NCBI GenBank assembly: GCA_002269645.1
Contig: NIVC01002013.1
Coordinates: 149,324-213,323, forward strand
Direction of reading: 5' to 3'
Length of the DNA stretch: 64,000 nt
Source of the DNA: Macrostomum lignano
Lineage: Eukaryota
Shown in pieces: positions 23,301 to 35,744 of this stretch. Made by a program: the position numbers and the translations under genes. The stretch's first letter is position 1; every line of letters starts with the position of its first letter. The notes beneath the pieces are model-generated. The model was not told the origin of the DNA. It saw nothing but the letters and a program-made list of their open reading frames with translations, and did not search any database.

Positions 23301-26300
23301 CATAGACACAGACATTCCTGCACGATAATAAATCGAAAAAAATCATTCCTGCACGCTGTGGTCAAACGACAATGTACACTCGATTGGGATAGAAAGGCTG
23401 TATGTACATTCTTGATAGGCGGAGTGATAGAGGGGATTGTACACTCGATTGGGATAGAAAGGCTGTATGTACATTCTTGATAGGCGGAGTGATAGAGGGG
23501 ATTGTACACTCGATTGGGATAGAAAGGCTGTATGTACATTCTTGATAGGCGGAGTGATAGAGGGGATTGTACACTCGATTGGGATAGAAAGGCTGTATGT
23601 ACATTCTTGATAGGCGGAGTGGTGATTGTGAGACTGTATACTCGATTGGGATAGAGAGGCTGTATGTACATTCTCGATAGGTGGAGTGGTAGATATCTCT
23701 AGGCGGAGTGGTAAATATCTCTAGGCGAGATATGTACACTGTAGTACATGTAGGAGGATAATTAAAAACTTTAAGGAACAAAATACAGTGTACATTGTTT
23801 CTATCGATGCAGGCAGTGGTGAGCACTATAGGGTTCTGATGCTCTCGGTTCTAGGAAATATTGATTTTTTATTCTTATCAATTCGAATGAGATCATTCTT
23901 TGATTAAGCGTTTAAGACTTCCGGGAGTGAACTAAAATTAATCAATCTATGAAAGCTTTTGAACTCCCACCCTTCCTACCTTAGGTACATTAGTTTAAAT
24001 GAAATTAAAAGATACAAAATACTATAGTTATCCAATAAACCTAATTGGAATTGAAAAAAACATTAGAAGCGCTTTTCACTGTAAAGACTTTTATAATACA
24101 AATGATATTCCTGTTGTTGAGTAGTTAATCAGATATATTAAGGAATTTTCCATTTTACTGTACGACCTCCTCTTGTAAGCAATTTAATCAAATCAGAAGT
24201 TAATCCGGCTTTACGTTGAAGAACAATTTGGAAATTAAAATAACTGCGTCTTGCAATAAAGCGTGATAGCAGTTCAAAATGTATTCGAGTGCACTGCAGA
24301 CAGTCATTTTAACACATTTCTCATTCACAGATTTAGACCTTATCTACAGATTTCACATCTACAGATTTCTTATCTGCAGATTTCTCATTCACACATTTCT
24401 CATCTACAGATTTCTCATCTACAGATTTCTCATTCACACATTTCTCATCTACAGATTTCTCATTCACACATTTCTCATCTACAGATTTCTCTCCCAGAGA
24501 TTTGCAATCCCTGCTCACCTTGCAATTTGCACAGAACGACAACATCCCGACTGCCAATCTGATCCGATAGCGATTCGTGATCCTGCAGCTCGGGCAGCTT
24601 GAGCAGTTGGCCACCCACTGTGCTGAGCTCGATGACAGCTGGAATAGGAAAGTTTTTATACATTTTTAGTATGTAGCCAGGCTCTTAAAATTGTGGAAAT
24701 CCTAGATATTTTTATTGTGAAATGCCTGACAGGAAGCTTAGCAAGTTTCAGTGGGAGATTTTTTCCAATCTGACAAATAGTTCGCAGCAGGAGGCAAAAA
24801 AACACGATTACAGCATTTTTCCCATGAACTTATCTCAACAGAATTTTTTCACGCTTGTAGCTGCTACAATCACATGTAAGCAATACAGACAACTCATCAT
24901 CTGTTCGCTGCGTACGAGTACTCGTATACGCAGTAGTGTTATATTTCCACCGAGTTCCTCCGGGAGAACTGTAGCATCCAGCTAGCTAGCTGGTTATGAC
25001 ACCAACACTGCCAACCAACATGCTTGACCTGTCACTACACGTATTGGAAATTTCACCCTACGTCAGTTGCTTACCCGGCTAAAAATAAATAGAATTGAGG
25101 CTTTTTAACGAAACAGATGAGTGAACAGCAAAACCTCAGCAAAATGTTTTTACAGGGCACAAAAGATCTGCTTTGACTCTTTGGACTTTTAATGTATTGA
25201 AAACTAAAAGGGTTACGCAGGATTCTGTTGAGGCACGCAGGGGTCGGAAAAAAGATTGTGGGGAGAGCCAATCAAAGCCACGTACTTTGCACGCAGAGGA
25301 CGGAAAACAGGAGGTTAGCGAGAGCCAATCAAAAGCCACACATTTCACACGCAGAGGGACGGAAAACAGGTTGCGGGGAGAGCCAACCAAAAGCCACGTA
25401 CTTCGCACGCAGGGGATGGAAAACACGGGGTTGGTGAGTGAGAGCCAACCAAAAGCCACGTTACTTCGCACGCAGGGGATGGAAAACACGGGGTTGGTGA
25501 GTGAGAGCCAACCAAAAGCCACGCACTTTGCACGCAGGGGACGGAAAACAGGAGGTTAGCGAGAGCCAATCAAAAGCCACACATTTCACACGCAGAGGGA
25601 CGGAAAACAGGTTGCGGGGAGAGCCAACCAAAAGCCACGTACTTCGCACGCAGGGGATGGAAAACACGGGGTTGGTGAGTGAGAGCCAACCAAAAGCTAC
25701 GCACTTCGCACGCAGGGGATGGAAAACACGGGGTTGGTGAGTGAGAGCCAACCAAAAGCCACGCACTTCGCCCGCAGGGGATGGAAAACACGGGGTTGGT
25801 GAGTGAGAGCCAACCAAAAGCCACACACTTCGCACGCAGAGGGACGGAAAACACGGGGTTGATGAGTGAGAGCCAACCAAAAGCCACGTACTTCGCACGC
25901 AGGGGACGTAAAACAGGGGGTTGGTGAGTGAGAGCCAACCAAAAGCCACGCACTTCGCACGCAGGGGACGGAAAACAGGGTGTTAGCGAGAGCCAACCAA
26001 AAAGCCACGTTACTTCGCACGCAGGGGATGGAAAACAGGGGGTTGGTAAGTGAGAGCCAACCAAAAGCCGCGTACTTCGCACGCAGGGGACGGAAAACAG
26101 GGGGTTGGTGAGTGAGAGCCAACCAAAAGCCACGTACTTCGCACGCAGGGGACGGAAAACAGGGGGTTGGTAAGTGAGAGCCAACCAAAAGCCACGTACT
26201 TCGCACGCAGGGGATGGAAAACACGGGGTTGGTGAGTGAGAGCCAACCAAAAGCCACACACTTCGCACTTAGGGGGTGGGGCGGAAAACAGGGGGACAGA

Positions 26301-27945
26301 AGGATTGACCCGATCTCAAATCTTAAGAGTACGTTCGTATAACCATTCCAGTCTACATGTAGATAGCTCTATCTAGTTTATGCAACGTAAGAAACATCTC
26401 ATAGATTTTAAAACCAATAAAAATCTGTTGAGAGCTCACTATTTTGATCGAGTTTGCAGCTACGCCTGATTGCGCTGATCAGATGCTCTTTCTGGCACGT
26501 GATGTTGAACAGGGCTGTCTTATTGTCTGAAATAAGTAATTTTAATTGGTAAAGTGAAATATTTTTTGAATCCGAAAAAATTCAATCAGGTATCATTTTC
26601 CCTTAGGGTTAGGTCTGCACATGTATAATACAGCAAACTGAAAATCTATATGCATTGTATTATCCGTCTAGCCTAAATCTATGCTTAAAATATTCAATTG
26701 TCTCCGAAGCATTGGGCAGTTCTCGTATTACAAACCTAAGAGGCTTTGCAGCCTAATGCATCAGCTGCAGTGGGGGAGCATAGGGAGAGAGAGAGAGAGT
26801 AGAAGAAGAGCATTCAGAACCCAAAGTCGTACCTGAAGTCAGAATGGCAACAGGTGAATGGCACTCAGAAACAAGAGATGACAAGACGATAAAGAGAGAG
26901 AGAGAGCCTCTCGTCCCGACATTGATGAAGCTATGCGATGCTGGACAGTCTCAGATTAGTAAACAGTGCAATCATTTACAACTCCACTCTGTCCCTCTCC
27001 ATCCTCATTGCTATGGTATTAGTTGATGACCCACATAAAAATAGGCCTGGCAACCAGTCCCAGTGATTGATGAAGCTGCTACAGAGTTTCCGGTTGATGC
27101 TGAGAAGTCCAGAGAGCATCGCTGCGCAATCAGTTCGAGATTGCCGGGGTCTTCTCTGTGGGTGAGGCTGCCGCCCTATTCAACTAACCATATGACAAAA
27201 TACTCTCGAAGGGATTCATCAATATGAACTGTTAATACGCTTTGAGTATGATTAACTGGTACCCTCGATACACTGCAACAGTAGCCAATCTGCAGTGTTC
27301 CGCGGTAATTAGTCTGTCTGGACTAGATGAACAAGGACAAAATGTGATTGTATTATAATATTGTGACACTTGTTCTAACAGTCATTAGTTGCTGATATGG
27401 TGCTGGTTCATTTAGTTTCTTGATATTCAACATATTTCCTAGTTTCCTTTCGAATCAGGTGACTTTATTCACTAAAGAACTCACTCACTCATTCACTACT
27501 AATTCGCTCATTCAAACACTCATAAATCGCTCATCAACTCACTTTTCATCTTAAGGTGTCACTCATGAACTCACTCATGAAGTCAATCATGAAGTCACTC
27601 ATGAAGTCACTCATAAACTCACTCATGAACTCACTCATGAACTCACTCATAAACTCACTCATGAACTCACTCATGAACTCACTCATGAACTCACTCATGA
27701 ACTCACTCATGAACTCACTCATGAACTCACTCATGAACTCACTCATGAACTCACTCATGAACTCACTCATGAACTCACTCATGAACTCACTCATGAACTC
27801 ACTCATAAACTCACTCATTAACTCATCAACCCTTCCCAGCCCACTCACCGCCGTGCAGCACACAGAAGTACAGCGGTGGACAGGCCGCAGAACCGGTCGC
27901 AGAGCTCCGACCCGAGCCGGCGTCAGCGGCGGTGTCTGGCGTCAT
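20330..27945 (-). CDS. CXorf65/C22orf15-like small protein; exons 27849-27945, 26440-26526, 24519-24638, 20423-20655, 20330-20362 (last exon least certain)
   Basis: All junctions are GT-AG with matching phases, giving ...LYFCVLHGDNKTALFNITCQKEHLISAIRRSCKLDQNTVIELSTVGG...VVVLCKLQASKHPSIEPLLIPLIDNLDDFPEL. From memory this resembles CXorf65 MFIFIKHGDNQQFLVNTNC and C22orf15 LLENLDDHYPEL. Confidence 0.8.
21459..23374 (+). mobile_element. Crypton-type (DUF3504) tyrosine-recombinase DNA transposon with both ends present
   Basis: Inserted into the repeat unit ggattgTAcactcg with TA on both sides (21457-21458 and 23375-23376). Repeated terminal motif attcctgcacg. Encodes a recombinase. Confidence 0.9.
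21618..23112 (+). CDS. Crypton tyrosine recombinase; exons 21618-22685 and 22762-23112
   Basis: Motifs RKSDGSFYS, FGNRGRE (catalytic R), WYTKVPVGINTL, HCVRPT (HxxR) and TGHK|NSASVERY (H and catalytic Y), joined across a 76-nt phase-0 GT-AG intron. Confidence 0.92.
24335..24490. repeat. 15-bp tandem repeat (acagatttctcatct) in an intron
   Basis: Direct tandem copies with variants. Confidence 0.85.
25240..26270. repeat. Minisatellite of about 60-62 bp in intron 2 of the CXorf65-like gene
   Basis: Core gagccaaccaaaagccacgtacttcgcacgcagggga..gaaaaca.ggggttggtgagtga. Confidence 0.95.
27560..27822. repeat. 12-bp repeat (tcactcatgaac)n
   Basis: About 20 tandem copies in intron 1 of the CXorf65-like gene. 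Confidence 0.95.
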
Positions 27946-28509
27946 GCCTGCCTTGTCTCGTTCTGGCTGGCTGAGAAACCTGTGGTTTCGCTTCTAAATT
28001 AAAAGATGATTATTGCATATATATTTTACACTTCGCTAGCTCAGACCGCTCTAATAGTAACATTATCATTTCTGCTAGGCATTGCAACCAACTATTTAGA
28101 GAAAAAGCAAGAGATGAAAGACAGGAGAGAGAAGTGAGAGATAGAGAGACAAAAAATACATTACTTGGCCTATTCCCAGCTACAAGTGGGGTCATAATAG
28201 CTTAGAGAAACTGCGGTATACCAGTCCTGCATCACTTTGAATAGCTCGTATACTCTAGTTGGCGTACGTAGAAATTTAAACGAACTCAAAGTTAGTCTGT
28301 TACTGGCTGCTCGCTCTGTGCTCTTCTCTTTCTCCTGAGCAACAGCTCTTCTTAGAACTGCTTTGAAATTCTGTGAGCTGCTGGTAAACAGCTGTGAAAA
28401 ATTTGTAAGCAATACTTGATGTCTCTGATGGCCGCTTGCTAAAGGCCATTCATCATTATGTCATAATTATGTATTTAGCTTGATCTTTTACCAAATCTAG
28501 CTCTTAAAT

Positions 28510-29834
28510 GTGCGTGATCTGTCATTCTATCCATGCGTGATCTGTCACTCAATCCATGCTTGATCTGTCACTCAATCCATGCGTGATCTGTCACTCAATC
28601 CATGCTTGATCTGTCACTCAACCCATGCTTGATCTGTCACTCAATCCATGCTTAATCTGTCACTCAATCCATGCTTGATCTGTCACTCAATCCATGCGTG
28701 ATCTGTCAGTCAATCCATGCGTGATCTGTCACTCAATCCATGCTTGATCTGTCACTCAATCCATGCGTGATCTGTCATTCTATCCATGCGTGATCTGTCA
28801 CTCAATCTATGCATGATCTGTCACTCAATCCATGCATGATCCGTCACTCAATCCATGCGTGATCTGTCACTCAATCCATGCGTGATCTGTCATTCTATCC
28901 ATGCGTGATCTGTCACTCAATCTATGCATGATCTGTCAGTCAATCCATGCATGATCCGTCACTCAATCCATGCGTGATCTGTCACTCAATCCATGCGTGA
29001 TCTGTCATTCTATCCATGCGTGATCTGTCACTCAATCTATGCATGATCTGTCACTCAATCCATGCATGATCCGTCACTCAATCCATGCGTGATCTGTCAC
29101 TCAATCCATGCGTGATCTGTCATTCTATCCATGCGTGATCTGTCACTCAATCTATGCATGATCTGTCAGTCAATCCATGCATGATCCGTCACTCAATCCA
29201 TGCGTGATCTGTCACTCAATCCATGCGTGATCTGTCATTCTATCCATGCGTGATCTGTCACTCAATCTATGCATGATCTGTCAGTCAATCCATGCATGAT
29301 CCGTCACTCAATCCATGCGTGATCTGTCACTCAATCCATGCGTGATCTGTCACTCAATCCATGCTTGATCTGTCACTCAATCCATGCGTGATCTGTCACT
29401 CAATCCATGCGTGATCTGTCACTCAATCCATGCTTGATCTGTCACTCAATCCATGCGTTATCTGTCACTCAATCCATGCTTGATCTGTCACTCAATCCAT
29501 GCTTGATCTGTCACTCAATCCATGCTTGATCTGTCACTCAATCCATGCTTGATCTGTCACTCAATCCATGCGTGATCTGTCACTCAATCCATGCTTGATC
29601 TGTCACTCAACCCATGCTTGATCTGTCACTCAATCCATGCTTAATCTGTCACTCAATCCATGCTTGATCTGTCACTCAATCCATGCTTAATCTGTCACTC
29701 AATCCATGCTTGATCTGTCACTCAATCCATGTTTGATCTGTCACTCAATCCATGTTTGATCTGTCACTCAATCCATGCTTGATCTGTCACTCAATCCATG
29801 TGTGATCTGTCACTCAATCCATGCGTGATCTGTC
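28510..29834. repeat. 23-bp minisatellite
   Basis: Unit gatctgtcactcaatccatgc(g/t)t with higher-order variant blocks. Confidence 0.97.
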
Positions 29835-29845
29835 AAAATGGCGGC
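29835..29845 (+). promoter_or_regulatory. YY1-like motif AAAATGGCGGC
   Basis: Exact motif directly after the 23-bp array. Function not shown. Confidence 0.25.
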
Positions 29846-30393
29846 AATTTCGCCTGCATTTAAATCGATAAACTGATGGAGAATTATTGAAGAGACTGAA
29901 GGCAGAAGAAACCGTCAATTATGTGCTTAAAAAGTGTAGATTTTCCCTTGCCAATGCGTTTTTTAGGCAAAACATCTTTCTTGCGGTCCTTGCTTTCTAC
30001 ATTGGCAGCAGAAAGTGCACAAAAAACACCCCCAGTTTGTTGCCAGCCATCGGATGCCAGCCTTCATAAGCGCTCTGACAGATTAAGTTTGTTAGCTGCA
30101 GTGAAGTCATATTAAGGAGGAGAGCTCTGAAGTTTAATCATATCCTGCATTATGATATGGTGTACTGTGGCTCACCACTAATTCTTGGCTAGGCATTGAA
30201 GGCTGAAATAAATATGGAGTGAATAACTTCTTTGTCGATTGCAGAGCTGCGACAGAAATATGGAATGCCCGTGCATAATTGATGGGGCTTACTGCTTCAG
30301 ATGAAGCTCTGAAGCGATTGCGGCTTGAATGAAGATGGCTGTGCAATGCGGACTCAGTGTGAATAGACTGATTATGCTGGATACTGGATTAAT

Positions 30394-31026
<633 letters not shown>

Positions 31027-31121
31027 ATGGACATGAAAGGAACAGTCCTTAAAATTCTGACTTGACTCGGTCCGTGAGTGGCCAGGCTGCCCAGAGCCCA
31101 AGCCCAGGCTCCTCCAGCCTC

Positions 31122-31128
31122 CTATAAA
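31122..31128 (+). promoter_or_regulatory. Candidate TATA box for the secreted peptide gene
   Basis: cctataaag followed by a plausible non-coding exon (donor near 31198) and the acceptor tttcag two bases before the ATG at 31433. Confidence 0.4.
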
Positions 31129-31432
31129 GTTGCCTCATCATTGGTTTGTACGAGCTTCACTGTTCCAGACTGTGGAAGCTCAAGTTGGCTCTGCAGGTGT
31201 GACTTGTTAACACAAACATATTAACAGCTGTAATATTTACATATTAACTCCTTTATTAACTGAGAACAGGTGAGAATTGAATTGTTTGTCTCTAAAATGA
31301 GTTGGGCTTTGACTTTGAGCCGAGTGTGCGCGAGAGTATACTATGTAAATGTATTATTTTTTATTTTGTGTTATACGCTCGTACGTCTCATCAATCTGCC
31401 TCATCAGTTCTAAGATTGCTACTATTTCAGAG

Positions 31433-32333
31433 ATGCGACTTACCGGTCTGCTGGCTCTGCTGTCGGTGCTGGGGACTGCACTGTCTGCGGCACAACAACT
31501 CGGTGAGCTTCTGTGGGAATTCCTGTCTTTGTATCCACCTATCTTTGTATCTGCCTGTCTTTGTATCTACCTGTCTTTGTATCTACCTGTCTTTGTATCT
31601 ACCTGTTTTTGTATCTACCTGTCTTTGTATTTAACTGTCTTTGTATCTATCTGTCTTTGTATCTACCTGTATTTGTATCTACCTGTCTTTGTATTTACCT
31701 GTCTTTGTATCTATCTGTCTTTGTATCTACCTGTCTTTGTATCTACCTGTATTTGTATCTACCTGTCTTTGTATTTTCCTGTCTTTGTATCTATCTGTCT
31801 TTGTATCTACCTGTCTTTGTATCTACCTGTCTACCTGTCTAATGCAGATCTAATGCTGATCTGATGCAGATCTAATGCTGATCTAATGCTGATCTAATGC
31901 TGATCTAATGCTGATCTAATGCTGATCTAATGCTGATCTAATGCTGATCTAATGCTGATCTAATGCTGATCTAATGCTGATCTAATGCTGATCTAATGCT
32001 GATCTAATGCTATTCATCTAGCATCCTGTACTTGTGAATTCGTAAAATCCCTCAGATGAACAACAGTTGCGGCAGCAGAAGCCGATGCCGGATGCTGAAC
32101 TCCTCACTGACCTCATTGAGAAGCGAGGCGTCGAGCTGGCGGGCGACATGTACTGCTGCGTGAACGGCATCCCCGGCTGCTGCCGCCGGCGCCGCCGCCG
32201 CTCAGCGCCGGGTGCCGACGAGGCCCAGGAGAAGCTGCGTGCCGCCTGCAGCTGCTGCCGCAGGCGGTCGGCCTTGTCGAGTCCCTCGCCCTGCTGCCTG
32301 GCCTGTCGCCAGTTGGCGCACCAGCTGGGCTGA
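31433..32333 (+). CDS. Cys-rich secreted prepropeptide (neuropeptide- or toxin-like); exons 31433-31502 and 32056-32333
   Basis: Signal peptide MRLTGLLALLSVLGTALSA, in-frame phase-1 intron, acidic pro-region, then KR-GVELAGDMYCCVNGIPGCC-RRRRRR and ...ACSCCRRRSALSSPSPCCLACRQLAHQLG*. Confidence 0.85.
31525..32010. repeat. Two adjacent intronic arrays: 16-bp gtctttgtatctacct and 11-bp gatctaatgct
   Basis: Together they fill almost the whole intron of the peptide gene. Confidence 0.95.
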
Positions 32334-32657
32334 AGTTGAACAACAAAGACTTGAAAACAAAACAAAAGCAGAACAAACAGATCGAACAAAATTCCCCTTG
32401 TAATAAACGTTTATGAGCTTTGACTCAAGCGGCTGCGACTTGCTTGCAAATGCAGCCTTTTTTCTGAATTTTGTTTGCTTCTGTTCGGCTGCAGTTGCCC
32501 AGCTCAGGGCTGCGAAATGCTTTAGGTCGATGCCGCCTTGCCGCGGGATGGAGTACTTATTGATTGGTCTCGGAACCTCCTACTCGTAATTAGACAATGA
32601 GGCTGATGAGGGCTCTCTATTATGAGCGATCGAAGATGTCCCTCTGGCAGCTCGTGC

Positions 32658-32955
<298 letters not shown>

Positions 32956-33489
32956 CAACAGTGGAAAATGCAGCTTCGCCAATGCTATTTTGGTCGAATG
33001 CAGCTGCTGATCCGCCCACTCGGTCAAGGGCCAGCCCAAATTTACAATTGGCAGTGCGACGCACTCTTCAACTCTTCTTGAGTCTCGCGCGCACTTCATT
33101 AATTAACTTTGCTGCTCAACTTCCGAATAATTTCAGCCAGTTTCGCCCCCCCCCCCAGTTAGGAACTAGATTCCTTTCTCCATCCTTTTCTCCACTTGGA
33201 GCTGTCTACACATTGATTCATTGTCAGCGCGAGCTGGTTAGCAGAGGAAGTGAAAATCCGGCTTCCCAGCCGCCGAAAACATGTTTTCTTTATTTCTAGC
33301 CATGACAGTTTCTAGCCTCCAAAGGTAAATAGTCTTTGAGTTAATTCAATTTTGTGGGAATTCGTAGAAATAGCTGGTTAATTTGATCCATTGTTTCAAG
33401 TTCTGCGTGACAAAGCCGTGCTGACAATTTCCTAAGAGTTTTATTATTTACTATGCCCTAGCCAATTAGCTATGAGGGAGATAAGTGTC

Positions 33490-34430
33490 AGATGAGGGTG
33501 TCAGGTGAGACAGTAGGGATGTCAGTTAAGACGGTGAAGATGTCAGGTGAGACGTTGAGGATGTCAGATGAGACAGTGAGGATGTCAGATGAGACAGTGA
33601 GGATGTCAAATGAGAATATTTGAATTGAACGTTTCAAACAGTATTAATTTAAAATAGATTTTTATGCTTCATACGGTACTTGTTGCGTGAGAAAACAGAT
33701 TTGGATAGAATATCTAGAAATTTCTTCCTTTAATCTTCACTTCCCCAGTCCATTAGTCCAGTTTACCCCAAACCGAATGGGATATTAACTGACGTTCCCA
33801 GCCGCCTTTGAGCAGCAAGTCAAGTAAAAGGCGGTTGAATTATTCACAATAAAATCAATGCGCCCGACCGCCACAGGATCGTATCTGAACGAAATTGAAG
33901 ATCTTAACGTAAAATATGAAGTAATATTTATTTTTTTATGAAATCTACTCAACATACTACTGATCAAAAACTTGAGTAGTAATAACAGCTTTGAATATGG
34001 ATGAAGGAATAAGAGTCTCGTGATAGATTCCCCTACTAGATTGTACACCAAGACAAGCAATGAAAAACGGGAGCCTTTTGGCAGGAGCAAATTGGCAAAA
34101 GCACTTTGGCATGAGTATTTGGACAGGTGCAAATCATTTCGATTTAATAATAGTATCGTTTGATTAATAGCATCGTTTTAATAATAGTGTCGTTTCAATA
34201 ATAGCGTCGTTTTAAAAGCAGTGTCGTTTTAATGGTAGCATCATTTTAATGATAGTGTCGTTTTAATAATAGTGTCATTTTAATATTAGTGTCGTTTCAA
34301 TGATAGTGTCGTTTTAATAATAGTGTCATTTTAATATTAGTGTCGTTTCAATGATAGTGTCGTTTTACTAGTAGTGTCGTTTTAATAGTAGCATATTGTT
34401 TTAATAATGGTATCGTTTTTATAGAAGCAT
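33490..34430. repeat. Two short degenerate arrays: about 21-bp gatgtcagatgagacagtgag (33490-33615) and about 20-bp tagtgtcgttttaataa (34150-34430)
   Basis: Direct observation. Confidence 0.75.
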
Positions 34431-35744
34431 CGTTTTTAGTAGCATATAGTGCATAATAGTTTAGTAGTAATTTTAAGACTATTTACAAATAGAAAGCAAG
34501 ATATTTGACATAGTGTTAACGAAAACCATCTACTATAATAGCATAGTTGCGGAACAATGATTGAAGCATTGCACGATACGATAACAATTTGTCTATGGCC
34601 ATTAAGATAAAACCTGACTTTACAAAATACAGGACGGCTCATGGCTGAATTATTTGCACAGGCAAGCACAATTAACAATACAAAGCATATGAAAGCTCTT
34701 AAACAAAATTTTAAATACAATAAGAACACTTATCTCAAGCTAAAAGAATGGCCGACTCAAACGATGTCGCCTGTCCAGCATGTCGTTTGATGCTCTCCAG
34801 CGAGAACATAGTTAGACATATTGCCAGCCAAAATGTCAACTTTATCAACGAATTTGACTGGAGCAACGGAACCATTACGTCCGGCTGTTGATGCAACAAA
34901 TCTGCTCAAGGCGAAAGCAATATGGCATTCGTTGAGAGTACAATAGCAACCCGAGACGTCGCGTAACCGTAAAACAAGTGTCGAGGCACATCGTTTGGAC
35001 GTGTGCTCGAAAACCGGCAATCGATGGCACCGGCACCAGACACAACAGTGACGCCGCCGAACTAGATGAGCCCATGCCAGCCGGACCGTCAACCAGCGGC
35101 GTTACAACGGACCATGCGGCAACTCGCGATGAGAATGGAGACATCAGCGTCGACACCAACGTGACAGATGCAGCGACATGCAGCGAGATCGAGCAGCTAC
35201 AACTGAGTCCGCTGATCCCGCACGACAGTCAGAACTAAACATACAAATGTCGAATAGTTCGCGTACGCAGGACTCAGATCGGTCAAAAAATCTACCAAAC
35301 GCAAAACAGCGGACAACGTGGTCGTCTCAATTGCAGCATTAGATGGAGACACAATCAGTGCACCCGTCCGATTGAGCGCTAAGCAGACTGTTCAACAGGC
35401 CAAGGCGACACGGCCACATGGCGACATGACGATGGCGACAAGGAGTCAATGCGACACGACGATGACGGCGGCTGCGTTGACAGACGCCGATTAGAATGCG
35501 GAAGAGTTTTCACGTCGACTGTATGGTAAGAGAGAATATATTTTACATCAATCTGTGCAACTATACAGTAGTAATATACACTCAGCAACATTGAAAAGTG
35601 TCCACGTCTGCACAAAAGGCTACACTAGCTGAACGATTAGGATTGAAAGGTTTTTAACTATGTTTGGGCTATAGACAATCAAAATAAGGCAACAAAGAAT
35701 GAACAGCGAAACAAATCCATGGCCATTTCCATGCTGTGTACGTG

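Larger units (their letters stand above)
20720..23700. repeat. 65/67-bp minisatellite split by the Crypton insertion (left part about 20720-21458, right part about 23375-23700)
   Basis: Unit gtacactcgattgggatagagaggctgtatgtacattcttgataggtggagtggtgatagtgagact, with 65-bp variants ending gatagaggggatt. Confidence 0.95.

Noticed and set aside
17530-26270. Regular 30-67-bp arrays near a recombinase as a CRISPR-like locus
   Set aside because: Units are directly adjacent with no unique spacers, no cas genes are present, and the context is spliceosomal.
28170-30115. Short minus-strand frames (for example MKAGIRWL..KGKSTLFKHII) as an additional gene
   Set aside because: I could not build a phase-consistent model; they may be 5' non-coding exons of the CXorf65-like gene.
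33785-34132. Possible third Crypton N-terminal fragment (MLSRFH..TLRSSISFRY)
   Set aside because: Similarity is too short and has no catalytic motif, so it cannot be supported without a profile search.
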